This document shows positions 28,484-40,543 of a stretch of DNA of 64,000 bases, piece by piece. The notes under the pieces are model-generated. The model was not told where the DNA came from. It ran no database searches and was given only the letters and a program-made list of their open reading frames with translations. Both the position numbers and the translations under genes were made by a program. The stretch lies in contig JAGATA010000039.1 of assembly GCA_017621475.1 (NCBI GenBank), positions 30,108-94,107 of the forward strand, in the 5' to 3' direction. The DNA is from Clostridia bacterium (GTDB lineage Bacteria > Bacillota > Clostridia > Oscillospirales > CAG-272). Positions within the stretch are counted from its first letter, which is position 1; each line of letters begins with the position of its first letter.

Positions 28484-29970
28484 ATAGTCCCACAGAGATC
28501 AGTAATGTTATAAAAGCACAAATAGAAAATTATAAAAACAGAGCCGAAATGCTTGAAACCGGAAAGGTTATCCTTGTCGGTGACGGCATTGCGCGTGTGT
28601 ACGGACTTCAGAATTGTATGGCAAACGAGCTTTTGGAGTTTGAAGACGGCAGCGTTGGTATGGCTCAAAACTTGGAAAAAGAAACGGTTTCCGTTGCCGT
28701 TCTTTCCAATGAAAATAATATAAAAGAAGGTACTCTTGTAAACAGAACGGGAAAGGTTTTGTCCGTTCCCGTTGGTGAAAAGTTCCTCGGACGAGTTGTA
28801 AATGCGCTTGGAGAACCCATCGACGGTAAAGGTCCTATAAGCTATAGCGAAACCCGACCTATAGAAGCGGAAGCACCCGGTATTATCGAAAGAAAGAGCG
28901 TATGTGTCCCTCTCCAGACAGGTATCAAAGCTATAGACAGTATGATTCCGATCGGCCGCGGTCAGCGTGAACTTCTTATCGGCGACCGCCAGACAGGTAA
29001 AACGGAAATTGCTATTGATACGATCATAAATCAGAAATACAGCGACGTTATTTGCATTTACGTTGCTATCGGTCAGAAAAACACGTCCGTTGCAAAGCTT
29101 GCAAGCGAGCTTGCACATAACGGAGCGATGGATTACACAATAATTGTTTCCGCAACGGCGGCTGAAAGCTCTCCGCTTCAGTATATTGCACCGTACAGCG
29201 GATGCGCTATGGCAGAATATTTCCGCGAACAGGGAAAAGACGTACTTATCATTTATGATGACCTCAGTAAGCATGCTGTTGCTTACCGTGCGCTCTCCTT
29301 GCTCATACGCCGTCCCCCGGGCCGTGAAGCGTACCCAGGCGACGTATTCTACCTCCATTCCAGACTTCTTGAACGTGCGGCTTGTGTTGCAGAAGAATAT
29401 GGCGGCGGTTCTATAACGGCGCTTCCCATCATCGAAACACAGGCAGGCGACGTTTCCGCGTATATCCCCACAAACGTAATTTCCATTACGGACGGTCAGA
29501 TATTCCTTGAATCCGAGCTTTTCCACGCAGGCGTTATGCCGGCTATAAACCCCGGTATTTCCGTAAGCCGTGTTGGCGGCTCCGCACAGCTTAAAGCTAT
29601 GAAAAAGGTTTCGGGTGAGCTCAAGCTCCTTTACTCTCAGTACCGCGAGCTTCAGTCTTTTGCACAGTTCGGAAGCGACCTTGACGCAGATACGAAAAGA
29701 CGCTTGGCGCTCGGCGAACGTATAGTTGAAATACTCAAACAGGGAAGAAATTCCCCCGTAAGAGTAGGCTGCCAGGTTGCTATAGTTTATGCAACGATCA
29801 ATGGTTACCTTGATTCCGTTCCCGTTTCCAAGGTTCACGAATACGAGGCACGCCTTTTCGCCAAGATCGAAAACGAACACGGCGAATGGCTTTCTCGCAT
29901 AGAGTCAGGATTCTATGAAAAAGAAGACGAAGAGGCTCTCAAAGGAATTCTTGCGGAAATGAAGGTGTAA
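28480..29970 (+). CDS. atpA: F0F1 ATP synthase subunit alpha
   Basis: Walker A GDRQTGKT; full length. Confidence 0.95.
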   Translation: MNSPTEISNVIKAQIENYKNRAEMLETGKVILVGDGIARVYGLQNCMANELLEFEDGSVGMAQNLEKETVSVAVLSNENNIKEGTLVNRTGKVLSVPVGEKFLGRVVNALGEPIDGKGPISYSETRPIEAEAPGIIERKSVCVPLQTGIKAIDSMIPIGRGQRELLIGDRQTGKTEIAIDTIINQKYSDVICIYVAIGQKNTSVAKLASELAHNGAMDYTIIVSATAAESSPLQYIAPYSGCAMAEYFREQGKDVLIIYDDLSKHAVAYRALSLLIRRPPGREAYPGDVFYLHSRLLERAACVAEEYGGGSITALPIIETQAGDVSAYIPTNVISITDGQIFLESELFHAGVMPAINPGISVSRVGGSAQLKAMKKVSGELKLLYSQYRELQSFAQFGSDLDADTKRRLALGERIVEILKQGRNSPVRVGCQVAIVYATINGYLDSVPVSKVHEYEARLFAKIENEHGEWLSRIESGFYEKEDEEALKGILAEMKV

Positions 29971-29973
29971 GCT

Positions 29974-30780
29974 ATGTCGAACACCAAAGCCCTTCGCATA
30001 CGAATAAAAAGCGTAAAATCCACAGAACAGCTCACCAAAGCAATGGGTCTTGTTGCTTCTTCAAAGATACGCAGAGCTAATGAAGCTATGTTTAAGGCAA
30101 GGGAATACACAGAAGCTATAGAAAATTCTGTGTCTCTGCTTACAAACCAAAACGAATCTCTCAAAAGTCCTTATATGAAGAACAGAGGTGAAGAGAGAAC
30201 CAGGATCGTTGTAATAGCGGGAGACAGAGGACTTGCAGGCGGATACAACTCAAACGTTTTCCGTCTTTGCCGAGAGTTCGATGGTGCTGAATTTATCCCT
30301 ATCGGAAAAAGAGCTTGCGAGAGATTTTCAAGCCCTGTAAATTCTTCCGAAAAGTTTTCCTTTGCCGATGCAATAAAGCTTGCGGACACGCTTTGCGCGG
30401 ATTTTAAAAACGAAAAATTTGACAGGCTCGGTGTTATATTTACGGAATATCGCTCCGTTATGACGCAGGAGGCAAAAATAAAATGGCTTCTTCCGCTTGA
30501 AAGAAGCGAAAGAACGGACGGTGCGGGCACTATCTTTGAGCCCGACCACCTTACCGTTCTCAACCTTGCCGTGAGAGAGTACGTTGCGGGAATATTGACG
30601 GCTTGCGCCAGAGAGAGTTTTGCTTGCGAGGTTTCCGCAAGAAGAATGGCTATGGATTCCGCAGGCAAGAACGCAAAACAAATGATAGATGACCTCAGCC
30701 TTGAATATAACAGAGCAAGACAGGGCGCTATCACTCAGGAAATTACGGAAATTGTCGCGGGCAGCGGTAATCAGCTATAA
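29974..30780 (+). CDS. atpG: F0F1 ATP synthase subunit gamma
   Basis: IKSVKSTEQLTKAM N-terminus and ITQEITEIVAG C-terminus. Confidence 0.9.
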   Translation: MSNTKALRIRIKSVKSTEQLTKAMGLVASSKIRRANEAMFKAREYTEAIENSVSLLTNQNESLKSPYMKNRGEERTRIVVIAGDRGLAGGYNSNVFRLCREFDGAEFIPIGKRACERFSSPVNSSEKFSFADAIKLADTLCADFKNEKFDRLGVIFTEYRSVMTQEAKIKWLLPLERSERTDGAGTIFEPDHLTVLNLAVREYVAGILTACARESFACEVSARRMAMDSAGKNAKQMIDDLSLEYNRARQGAITQEITEIVAGSGNQL

Positions 30781-32189
<1,409 letters not shown>

Positions 32190-32190
<1 letters not shown>

Positions 32191-32453
32191 TGAAGGCTTT
32201 TCGCTTGGTAGTTTCTTCTCCCGACGGCAATAAATTCGATGGGGACGTTGTAAAATTCGACGTTCGCGGTGTTGAAGGTGAACTTGCTATAATGGCAGGT
32301 CATACGCCTTTTGTGACATCGGTGCTGAGTGCGCCTTGTGCAGTTTGGCTTGATGAAGACACAAAAAAAGCCGCATTTTGCGACGGCGGACTTCTTACCG
32401 TCGGCGCGGACGGTGCGACGTTTATTTCCGGCTCTTTTGAATTTACGGAATAA
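32190..32453 (+). CDS. atpC: F0F1 ATP synthase subunit epsilon, short form (beta-sandwich only)
   Basis: 87-aa ORF with LVVSSPDG...GELAIMAGHTPF. A stop is followed directly by a terminator. Confidence 0.85.
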
Positions 32454-32470
32454 AACGATTTATAAAGTTC

Positions 32471-32508
32471 GACCGCCGAAAGTAACTGTTTTGTTACTTT
32501 CGGCGGTC
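32471..32508. terminator. bidirectional terminator
   Basis: 16-bp stem GACCGCCGAAAGTAAC/GTTACTTTCGGCGGTC. Confidence 0.7.
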
Positions 32509-32513
32509 AAATT

Positions 32514-34067
32514 TTATTGCCTTATCATTACGTCGCAGTAGCAATTTTTTGACGGCATTTCAAAATATCCGTTTTTCTGCGCATAGTCAACTACGTTAAC
32601 GTACAATGCAGAAAAGATATTTTGGCACATACGGTCAACGTCATCGCTTAAATGCTTGGGGAACAGCTTTTTGTAATCGGAAATGAAATCTTCTGCTATT
32701 TTAGTGTATTCGGGCATCAGCTTTGCAAAATGCTTTTCTACTATGGCATTGAAGCTTTGCTTCTGTTTGGCAGTGAAGCAGGGAACAGTTACAAAAAAGC
32801 TGCCGTCTTCCTTTTTGATGATATATCCGTCTTTTATCGCGTTTGCCACGGAATGTATATCTTCGGATTTGCCATTGAAAATAATGTCTTCACAAGCATT
32901 TATATAGTTATCGAACATCATCTTTCTGAAAGAGATGCCATTCATACCATAATATGTGGTATGGGAGCAAGTGCCTCTACTTCCGCGGTTAGCACTGATT
33001 TGACTGCCGAGCTTTGTTCTTTTGTGCTTGCCTGTTTCTGTGCTGCCGATATAATTCCAACGGTATCCATCATATTTTTGCTTTATCTCCGGAAAGGGTA
33101 AAGTGCAATAACTCCTGCTTATATGCTCGAACGCAAGCATACCGTAAAGATAGAGCAAGTCGGACTCTTTTTTCTCCGCTTTATAAAAGTCTATTTCAGC
33201 AGCCTCTTTTGCAACTGCTTTGATCGCACAGATCAGCTTATCCATAATCGGCATCAATGCTTTTTCTGCGTTTTCTTCGCAAAAAATGCCGTATTTGTCG
33301 GACCAAATGATAAAATCTGTTTGATATCTTCCTTTAGATACTTCAATAACGGCTTCACGCTCCAACAGATTGTTTATCCTGTCCTCGATATAATATGCGG
33401 GAACTCCGCATAATCTTGCCAATTCTTCGATCGTTGCAGGCTTTTCATATGAATAATAAAGTATGTTTTGTGAAAGCGCATCGTTTATATATTTGCTTGG
33501 AAAAGGCATCATCTTGCCGTCATATTCACCGCTTCCGTAAATATCAATTCTCATCTTTATAGGACGAAGAGCTGTTTCTTTCATTTCGGTACACTCCTTT
33601 TTGAGTTTTCTCCGAGCCTCTGAAAGCCGCCAAGTAACTGTGCCTTCGGGGATGTTCAATCGCTCGGATATTTGCTTTGTCGAAAGGCTGTCATAGTAGT
33701 AAAGAACGATGATATCGCGGTATATCGAAGAAAGCATTGCGATCTTGGTCCGCAAAGCTTCGTATATAGCTTCCTGCCCGTCATAGTAATCTTCTTCATA
33801 TGCCATATCTTCAGGGATATCATAGGAATACATCGCGCGCTGTTTTCCCATTTTACGCCGAAAGCTCTTTGTTACGTTGCCTGCAATTCCCCAAAGCCAC
33901 GGTTCGAATTTGTTCTCATCATTTAGCTTGGGCAATTCTCGTACAGCTGTAAAAAGTATTTCCTGCGATAGATCATCGGCCTCTTCGCGGGAATAGGTGT
34001 GATTTATCGCATATCCATATATCTTTTCAATATAGGTCTCAATAATTGCCGCATCCATTGTTTTCAC
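32514..34067 (-). CDS. ECF-type sigma-70 factor fused to a ~340-aa C-terminal extension
   Basis: DDLSQEILFTAV...WLWGIAGNV (region 2) and LSTKQISERLNIPEGTVTWRLSEARRKL (region 4). Confidence 0.75.
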   Translation of the reverse strand: MKTMDAAIIETYIEKIYGYAINHTYSREEADDLSQEILFTAVRELPKLNDENKFEPWLWGIAGNVTKSFRRKMGKQRAMYSYDIPEDMAYEEDYYDGQEAIYEALRTKIAMLSSIYRDIIVLYYYDSLSTKQISERLNIPEGTVTWRLSEARRKLKKECTEMKETALRPIKMRIDIYGSGEYDGKMMPFPSKYINDALSQNILYYSYEKPATIEELARLCGVPAYYIEDRINNLLEREAVIEVSKGRYQTDFIIWSDKYGIFCEENAEKALMPIMDKLICAIKAVAKEAAEIDFYKAEKKESDLLYLYGMLAFEHISRSYCTLPFPEIKQKYDGYRWNYIGSTETGKHKRTKLGSQISANRGSRGTCSHTTYYGMNGISFRKMMFDNYINACEDIIFNGKSEDIHSVANAIKDGYIIKKEDGSFFVTVPCFTAKQKQSFNAIVEKHFAKLMPEYTKIAEDFISDYKKLFPKHLSDDVDRMCQNIFSALYVNVVDYAQKNGYFEMPSKNCYCDVMIRQ

Positions 34068-34171
34068 CGCCTTTCACCTGTAAAGTGCTTAAAACCGAAG
34101 CTTCATTGGGTGTTTTTTTACTTTTTTAATAATTATATCATATAATGCTCAAGGATTTGTGTGGTATAGAG

Positions 34172-34209
34172 AAAAAAGTACAGAGAAGTTTAACTTCTCT
34201 GTACTTTTT
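34172..34209. terminator. bidirectional terminator
   Basis: GTACAGAGAAGTT/AACTTCTCTGTAC stem between an A-run and a T-run. Confidence 0.6.
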
Positions 34210-34226
34210 ACGTCATTTTCTTTATT

Positions 34227-34690
34227 TTATCTTAAAACTATACCCATGCACATCGTACTCTTGGAGGGATTTTCGGGAATTGTGAGTCTTCCTGCTTCAA
34301 CCTCGTCATGAAGTGTCATCATACGGATATCGCACATTTGCATATCAACGCAGTAATTAAGCTGACTGTGTAATATGGGATTGGAATTTTCTTTGAGTAT
34401 CGCTTTTGTTTTATTGCGTGCGGTATCAAAAAACTCCAATGCCTTGCTAAACAGAGGGTGAGTTTCCATAAAGGAATGTATTTTATCAAACGCGGGATTA
34501 TCGAAAACGAGAATATCGGGAATTATATTTCCGTTTTCGTCCGCGTGTGCGAAGCGTTTTTCAATGCCTTTCCAAACTTCTTTCCGTTACATCTTTTGGG
34601 CCTGTGATAAAGATCTTCTGTTTGCTTACGGACACGAATATAATCTATGAGATTAAGTATAGCCCACCATTTAATATCCACGCGGAAAAG
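34227..34690 (-). pseudogene. degraded gene fragment (frameshifted, no N-terminus)
   Basis: The 80-aa ORF 34227..34469 continues in frame without a start codon up to a stop at 34587-89 (..KEVWKGIEKRFAHADENGNIIPDILVFDNPAFDKIHSF-METHP..). A different frame further upstream reads DIKWWAILNLIDYIRVRKQTEDLYHRPK. Confidence 0.4.
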
Positions 34691-34750
34691 CTTTCGCTAA
34701 TATAGTGTGGAGAAAAGCGAATCGGTTTCAAAAAAATGAAAAATCAAAAG

Positions 34751-34780
34751 AAAAAAGACGGTCTCTTGCGAAACCGTCTT
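34751..34780 (-). terminator. terminator downstream of tRNA-Thr
   Basis: AAGACGGT/ACCGTCTT stem followed by a T-run on the minus strand. Confidence 0.6.
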
Positions 34781-34782
34781 CC

Positions 34783-34858
34783 TGGAGCTGCCAATCGGAT
34801 TCGAACCGACGACCTCGTCCTTACCAAGGACGTGCTCTACCTGCTGAGCCATAGCAGC
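34783..34858 (-). tRNA. tRNA-Thr (anticodon GGT), CCA encoded
   Basis: The reverse complement GCTGCTATGGCTCAGCAGGTAGAGCACGTCCTTGGTAAGGACGAGGTCGTCGGTTCGAATCCGATTGGCAGCTCCA folds as a cloverleaf by eye. Confidence 0.9.
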
Positions 34859-35039
34859 GTACTTTAATATTATATCATTTTTTTGAGTTTTGTCAAGATG
34901 TTTGAAAAAAATTATAAATTAAAAAATTATTATGATTTTATTAGTATCGCCATTTATTGTTGACAAAACTCATTTAAAAATGTAAAATATATAATATATG
35001 ACATATTGATTGCCTAAGATAACAGACAAAGGAGCAACT

Positions 35040-35846
35040 ATGGATTATAAGAATATACGCCTGTTTCTGTTTGATATGGACGGAACTATTTATCTTGGAA
35101 ACAATCTTTTCCCGTTTGTACCCGAGCTTTTGCGTCTTATCCGCGAGCAGGGAAAGCATTATCTGTTTATGACAAACAATTCCTCCAAAAATATCAACGG
35201 CTACGTTGAAAAGCTTAAAAAGCTTGGAATTGATGCTACGAGAGAGGATTTTGTAAACTCCACAACAGTTACCGTCAACTATATCAAAAAACACCTTGAC
35301 GGCAAAAAGCTTTACGTTTTCGGAACACAGGCTCTTAAAGATGCATTTATCGCAGAGGGCATAGACGTTCACGAGGATTACAGCGAGGACATCGAAGGCA
35401 TCGTTATGGGTTTTGATACGGAGCTTACGTTTAAAAAGCTCGATGACGTTTCTAAGCTCCTTACAGAGAAAGATATTCCTTATATTGCGACCAATCCGGA
35501 CTACGTTTGCCCCACTGAATATGGCTACGTTCCCGATTGCGGTTCTATCGCGGATGCGCTCTATAATGCAACAGGAAAGCGTCCTCTGTTTATCGGCAAG
35601 CCCGAACCTGCTATGCCTCTCTATGCAATAGAAAAAATGAGCGAGATAGACCCGCTTGTAACGCGAGAAAACACGCTCGTTATCGGAGATAGACTTTATA
35701 CGGATATTGCTTGCGGAATAAACGCCGGAATTAACTCGATGCTCGTTATTTCCGGTGAAACAACACAAAAGATGGCTGATGAAAGTGAATTCAAACCTAC
35801 TGTTACAGTTAAGGATTGTTCAATTCTTTTGGACGAACTTAAATAA
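35040..35846 (+). CDS. HAD-IIA hydrolase (NagD-like sugar phosphatase)
   Basis: LFDMDGTIYLG and VIGDRLYTDI motifs. Start placed at ATG 35040, which has an AAGGAG RBS. Confidence 0.8.
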   Translation: MDYKNIRLFLFDMDGTIYLGNNLFPFVPELLRLIREQGKHYLFMTNNSSKNINGYVEKLKKLGIDATREDFVNSTTVTVNYIKKHLDGKKLYVFGTQALKDAFIAEGIDVHEDYSEDIEGIVMGFDTELTFKKLDDVSKLLTEKDIPYIATNPDYVCPTEYGYVPDCGSIADALYNATGKRPLFIGKPEPAMPLYAIEKMSEIDPLVTRENTLVIGDRLYTDIACGINAGINSMLVISGETTQKMADESEFKPTVTVKDCSILLDELK

Positions 35847-35867
35847 ATTTACATAAGGAGAACAACC

Positions 35868-36455
35868 ATGGCAAAAGAAAAAATTAAAAAGTCAAACGGT
35901 ATCCCTTTTAAGGAGGAGGCCGCTGTCGGCAATTACGCCGAATACAGCGTTTCCCGCAAAACGGACAAGCACGCAAGACTTCAAAGGCTCGGCTTTATAG
36001 GCATATACCTTGCCGTTATCGCGGTATTCGTTTATTTCTTCGTATACCTTACACCTCTTTTCCCGATCGTAGGTGTTGCCGTTATTATCGACTATATCCT
36101 TTTCCTTGCAACGTGGCACCTTTCCAAGGTTGAATTCACTTATATAGTTGAAAAGGGTAATTTTCACATCTACCGCATCTGCGGCAGATGCAAGGCTAAA
36201 GAGGTCATCAACGTAAAGCTTGAAGAAAATCTTGGCATTTACCCTGCAAACGACGACGATTATAAAGCCGCACTCGACGAATGCGAAGTTAAGCTTGATT
36301 ATTGCGAAGCTTTGAATGCGGACGACATTTATTTCGCTATCTTCAATATCAACGGTAAAAAGACAGCTGTTTACTTCAGCGCGGCTAATAAGCTTTTGAC
36401 TACAATGAAATATTTCGGTGGAGAAAACGTTGTCGTTACATATGTAAGACACTGA
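35868..36455 (+). CDS. hypothetical membrane protein (2 TM)
   Basis: 195-aa ORF with an RBS. No family recognised. Confidence 0.55.
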   Translation: MAKEKIKKSNGIPFKEEAAVGNYAEYSVSRKTDKHARLQRLGFIGIYLAVIAVFVYFFVYLTPLFPIVGVAVIIDYILFLATWHLSKVEFTYIVEKGNFHIYRICGRCKAKEVINVKLEENLGIYPANDDDYKAALDECEVKLDYCEALNADDIYFAIFNINGKKTAVYFSAANKLLTTMKYFGGENVVVTYVRH

Positions 36456-36467
36456 TGAGGTAGAAAA

Positions 36468-37160
36468 TTGAAGCTGAAAACTTTGTTGCACAAATATAAC
36501 CATATATGGCTTTTGGTCTATGTTCCGATATATGTTATCTCATTCTTTTTTATAGAAGAGTTTATTGTATCGTCATCGGATAATTATTGGGTATCTTACA
36601 CACCGATAGACGATAAAATACCTTTTTGCGAATGGTTTGTTATTCCTTACGTTTTGTGGTATCCGTTTATGGGTCTTACGGGGCTTTACCTGTTCTTTGC
36701 AGATACAGACGCTTTTCGCAGATATTTGTGGTTCGTTATAATAGGGTTTTCTTCGACACTTTTATTTTACATCATCTTTCCTAACGGACAAAATTTGCGT
36801 CCCGAAGCTTTTGAAAACGATAATATTCTTACAAGAATAATGGCTCATATATACGAGAACGATACAAATACCAACGTTTTGCCGAGCTTACATTGTATCG
36901 GTTCGGTTGCGGCGTTTTTGACCTACTTTGATTGCAAAAAACTTTATAAACGCAAATGGCTTGTTGTAAGCGCGGGCATTATGTGCGTACTTATATGTAT
37001 GTCAACGTGCTTTTGTAAACAGCACTCTTTCCTGGATGTTGTTGCGGCGCTTATCTGGTCTGCCGTTACTTATGTTATAGTTTATGTGTTTATGAAGCAC
37101 CGTATGCAGAAGAAAAAGAAAGCCAAAACAACGGAAGGAATCTCTTATTCGGTCAAATGA
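36468..37160 (+). CDS. PAP2-superfamily membrane phosphatase/transferase
   Basis: LPSLH and KQHSFLDVV motifs in a polytopic protein. Confidence 0.7.
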   Translation: MKLKTLLHKYNHIWLLVYVPIYVISFFFIEEFIVSSSDNYWVSYTPIDDKIPFCEWFVIPYVLWYPFMGLTGLYLFFADTDAFRRYLWFVIIGFSSTLLFYIIFPNGQNLRPEAFENDNILTRIMAHIYENDTNTNVLPSLHCIGSVAAFLTYFDCKKLYKRKWLVVSAGIMCVLICMSTCFCKQHSFLDVVAALIWSAVTYVIVYVFMKHRMQKKKKAKTTEGISYSVK

Positions 37161-37176
37161 TTTTAGATATTTTATT

Positions 37177-37617
37177 ATGAACAAAAAGAAAATTTTAAGA
37201 TATACCATCCTCGGCTTTGCGGGAATTATGATGATAGTTATATTCATCTTCTCTTCGCAAAGTGCGGCTATCTCCAATAAAGTGAGCGAATTTTTCACCG
37301 AACGCGTTTTCTCGGCTTTTGGATTTTCCGAAAGATTCGTGCGCAAAGCGGCGCACTTTACCGAATTTTTTGTGCTCGGTTCACTTGTTATGATATTCTT
37401 GTCAACTTTTGATATTAAACATTTTATATGTGCTTTAATATCGGTTGTGGGCTGCACTTTTTATGCGGCATTTGACGAATTTCATCAGATTTTTGTAAGC
37501 GGCAGAAGCGGACAGATAAGTGATGTTTTGCTTGACACCTGCGGTGCGGTATTCGGTGTTTCTTTGGTATTTCTTATATTGTATTTAATTTCTTTAAAAA
37601 ACAAAAATCAACAATAA
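37177..37617 (+). CDS. VanZ-family membrane protein
   Basis: KAAHFTEFFVLG and DEFHQIFVSGRSGQISDVLLD motifs. Confidence 0.8.
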   Translation: MNKKKILRYTILGFAGIMMIVIFIFSSQSAAISNKVSEFFTERVFSAFGFSERFVRKAAHFTEFFVLGSLVMIFLSTFDIKHFICALISVVGCTFYAAFDEFHQIFVSGRSGQISDVLLDTCGAVFGVSLVFLILYLISLKNKNQQ

Positions 37618-37621
37618 TAGC

Positions 37622-37652
37622 AAAAAAACTCGCTCCCGGAGCGAGTTTTTTT
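37622..37652. terminator. bidirectional terminator
   Basis: ACTCGCTCC/GGAGCGAGT stem between an A-run and a T-run. Confidence 0.65.
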
Positions 37653-37656
37653 GCAT

Positions 37657-38559
37657 TTAATCGACTTTTTTGACAGGTATCCAAAGCTCGCGATAGCGTT
37701 CGTTTTTGTACGGAGCCCAAAACCAATGAGTTACAACGATCTCGGGTGCGTTTATAATTTCATATCCGGAATCGGGAAGCCATTCTGCATAGATCTGCTT
37801 TCGTAGTTCAAGAAAAACCTCTGTGGGAAATTTGCAGCGTTCCGTTTCGAAAACAGCGTATGTTTGCTCCGGTATAGTAATATGCTCAAATTTCTCCGCA
37901 TACTCTTTGCCAAAGAGATCGCTGTTCATAAAATCACGCATATTTTTTTCGAGATTTTGTGCAATATAGAAATCAAAACCGTCATCATCTATGTTGGTGA
38001 TTATATCATAGTTTGTTTCGTAATTCTCTTTTTTCATTCCTTTAAGCAAAAATTGAAGAGGGCGCGTAGTTATATAAAAATCTGCTTCCTGCTCCAGGCG
38101 CTCTCCCGGTGCTCCGTTAAAACGGCGTTTATATCCCGTTAAAATCATTTCGGGTTTTGTTTCAATTCTGTAATTCATAATATTACCACCTTCGAAAGAT
38201 ATTTTTACTGACAAACGAGAAAATGACTTGAGCATGGCTTTGTTATTCTTGGCTTGCGACGGGGATATCCCGTGAAACTTTTGAAAAGCCTTTGCAAAGC
38301 TGTCTGGGTTTTCATAGCCGTATTTTAAAGCAACGTCTATAACTTTTTCATTTCCTTGTGCAAGCTCTTTGCCGGCGATAGAGAGCCTGCGGTTGCGGAT
38401 ATATTCTCCGAGAGTAATTCCGCAAAGAATACTGAAAACTCTCTGAAAATGATAATTTGAAGAAAAACTTTGTGCCGCAACGGCTTCATAGTCTATTTCT
38501 TCTGTAAGATGTGCTTCGATATAATTTATGGCTTTTTGAAGACCTGTTACCCAATCCAT
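37657..38559 (-). CDS. AraC-family regulator with a GyrI-like effector domain
   Basis: HTH_18 pattern (SSNYHFQRVFSILCGITLGEYIRNRRL, YGYENPDSFAKAFQKFHGISP) plus a C-terminal GyrI-like half. Confidence 0.85.
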   Translation of the reverse strand: MDWVTGLQKAINYIEAHLTEEIDYEAVAAQSFSSNYHFQRVFSILCGITLGEYIRNRRLSIAGKELAQGNEKVIDVALKYGYENPDSFAKAFQKFHGISPSQAKNNKAMLKSFSRLSVKISFEGGNIMNYRIETKPEMILTGYKRRFNGAPGERLEQEADFYITTRPLQFLLKGMKKENYETNYDIITNIDDDGFDFYIAQNLEKNMRDFMNSDLFGKEYAEKFEHITIPEQTYAVFETERCKFPTEVFLELRKQIYAEWLPDSGYEIINAPEIVVTHWFWAPYKNERYRELWIPVKKVD

Positions 38560-38710
38560 CTTTATCCCTCCTGTCTGACAATATTATAAATTATCAAGCG
38601 CAATAAATCCCGACATTTTGTGCGCTTCTATAACTGATAATATATTATCACATAAAAACTATTTATGCAAAGAAAAATGCCTGCAAAAAAACAGGCATTT
38701 TTCATCTATA

Positions 38711-39448
38711 TTACAGTTCTTTTCTTAAAAGTGCAAAAATCTTTTTTTCCTCTCGGGATATTTTAACCTGTGTAAGCCCCAATATATCCGCTGTCTGTTG
38801 TTGGGAGAGCTCCTTAAAAAAGCGCAGATGTACTATTTTTTGCTGGGTCTCATTTAAATGGGAAATAGCTTCGCGAAGCGCGATATTATCTATAACAGAT
38901 TCGATCTCATTGGAATCGGAAGCTGTCATTTCCTCTATTGTTGCGGAATTGTCTCCGTTTCCGATGCTTTCCTGGAGCGAGGAAACGGGACTTGAGGCAT
39001 CGAGTGCATAAACGATTTCTTCCTCGGAATATCCGCAAATTGCGGCAAGCTCCGATATTTTAGGTTCTCGCTGATGTTCTTTTTCAAATTCTTCCTTAGC
39101 GTGCAAAATTACAGAGCCTTTTTTGCGAACGTCACGGCTTACCTTTATAATTCCGTCATCGCGCAGAAACCGCCTTATTTCGCCTATTATAAGCGGAACG
39201 GCATAGGTAGAGAAGACTGTATTATAGCTTTCGTCGAAGCTTTTTGCGGCTTTTATCATACCAATAGAACCTATTTGAACGATGTCCTCATATTCAACTC
39301 CTCTTCCGAAAAAACGGCGGGCTATATTTTTAACAAGCCCGATATTTTCCGAAATAAGCTCCTCCATAGCGTTTTTATCGCCGTTTTTGGCTTTGCGTAT
39401 AAGCTCTAGATTTTTTTCACCTTTTTGCTTTTCCTCTGTTATGGGCAT
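38711..39448 (-). CDS. sigF: sporulation sigma factor SigF
   Basis: 245-aa sigma-70 family protein, third gene after spoIIAA-spoIIAB. Confidence 0.9.
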   Translation of the reverse strand: MPITEEKQKGEKNLELIRKAKNGDKNAMEELISENIGLVKNIARRFFGRGVEYEDIVQIGSIGMIKAAKSFDESYNTVFSTYAVPLIIGEIRRFLRDDGIIKVSRDVRKKGSVILHAKEEFEKEHQREPKISELAAICGYSEEEIVYALDASSPVSSLQESIGNGDNSATIEEMTASDSNEIESVIDNIALREAISHLNETQQKIVHLRFFKELSQQQTADILGLTQVKISREEKKIFALLRKEL

Positions 39449-39467
39449 TTTTTACCTCCATAAAAAA

Positions 39468-39908
39468 TTATGTAACATCGGGAGAGGAAAGCTTTTTTGT
39501 AAGAGTAACGCGTGTGCCTTTGCCAATTTGAGATTTAACATCAAGTTTATCTGAAAAGCTTTCCATAATGGAAAAGCCCATTCCGCATCTATCCTCATCG
39601 GGCAGTGTAGTGTAAAGCGGTTTTCTTGCCAAGGCTACGTCGGGAATACCGCAGCCCTTGTCCGCAATTATCATTTTAAAGGTTCTGTCGTCATAAGCTT
39701 TGAGCGTGAGCGTGATATTGCCAACACTTTTTTTATATGCGTGAACGATGCAGTTTGTAACGGCTTCGGAAACGGCGCAACGAAGGTCTGCCAGTTCTTC
39801 TACGTCAGGGTCCAGAGGAAGCAAAAAGCCGGAAACGATGCTTCTTGCAAGACCTTCGTTTTGGGAAAGCGAAAGAAAGGTGCATTTTATTTCATTTATC
39901 TGATTCAT
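39468..39908 (-). CDS. spoIIAB: anti-sigma F factor (serine kinase)
   Basis: 146-aa HATPase_c protein (EAVTNCIVHAY, DKGCGI, GMGF). Confidence 0.9.
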   Translation of the reverse strand: MNQINEIKCTFLSLSQNEGLARSIVSGFLLPLDPDVEELADLRCAVSEAVTNCIVHAYKKSVGNITLTLKAYDDRTFKMIIADKGCGIPDVALARKPLYTTLPDEDRCGMGFSIMESFSDKLDVKSQIGKGTRVTLTKKLSSPDVT

Positions 39909-40234
39909 TATTTGATCTCCTTATCGTGAATAATCTTTATAAGTTTGTCCGTACCTGCCATACGGAATATTTTTTCTGTACGTTTAGAAGGGTTTTTTAC
40001 AACAACCTCTATACCAAGTTCTTTTGCTTTTGCATATCTGCCGAGAACAAGACCAAGCCCGGAACTGTCCATAAAATTTACCTCAGATAGATCAAAAACG
40101 AGCGCACGCGGCATTTCTTTATAAAGCCTATCATCTATCTCATTGCGAACAGAAACGGCGCTGTGGTGGTCTATTTCGTTTTTCAGTGTTGCCGTTAGCA
40201 CTTCGTTACGGCAAGAAAGAGAAAGATTCTCCAT
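39908..40234 (-). CDS. spoIIAA: anti-sigma F factor antagonist (STAS)
   Basis: 108-aa STAS protein with the phosphorylatable FMDSSGLG motif. Confidence 0.9.
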   Translation of the reverse strand: MENLSLSCRNEVLTATLKNEIDHHSAVSVRNEIDDRLYKEMPRALVFDLSEVNFMDSSGLGLVLGRYAKAKELGIEVVVKNPSKRTEKIFRMAGTDKLIKIIHDKEIK

Positions 40235-40543
40235 TTAACATCCTCCAAAATAAAAATGATATCCTTGAAAAAGGATACCATTTTTTGTGTGAAAATATTG
40301 TCATAATGTGGTATGAATATGAGAAAATCTTTCGACTGTGATATTCATACCCATTCAACCATCAGTTGAATAAACATTCTTTATTTTAGACATTATTCAA
40401 CAAATCTTTTATTGCTTTTGCAAGTGTGCTATGTTAAAATAAATGTGTAGAAAAGATGCGCATCAAAAAACAAAAAAGTCTCCAACTTTTTTCGGATTTT
40501 ATACACTATTATACTGAACAAACCGAAAGGTAAAAAAGAAAGG

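Noticed and set aside
28408-29880. A 490-aa ORF antisense to atpA. Similar long antisense ORFs occur at 1360..2400 (gap), 17564..18508 (uxuA), 19263..20213 (kdgK) and 34974..35768 (HAD).
   Set aside because: These show the same shadow-frame effect opposite highly biased, clearly identified genes. Their products are Cys/Phe/Val-rich nonsense.
40235-40543. A possible Spo0A box (AGTCGAA on the minus strand at 40329-40339) and a sigma-H promoter upstream of spoIIAA.
   Set aside because: It is only a 6/7 match to TGTCGAA, and I could not place convincing -35/-10 elements. The evidence is too weak to list as a feature.
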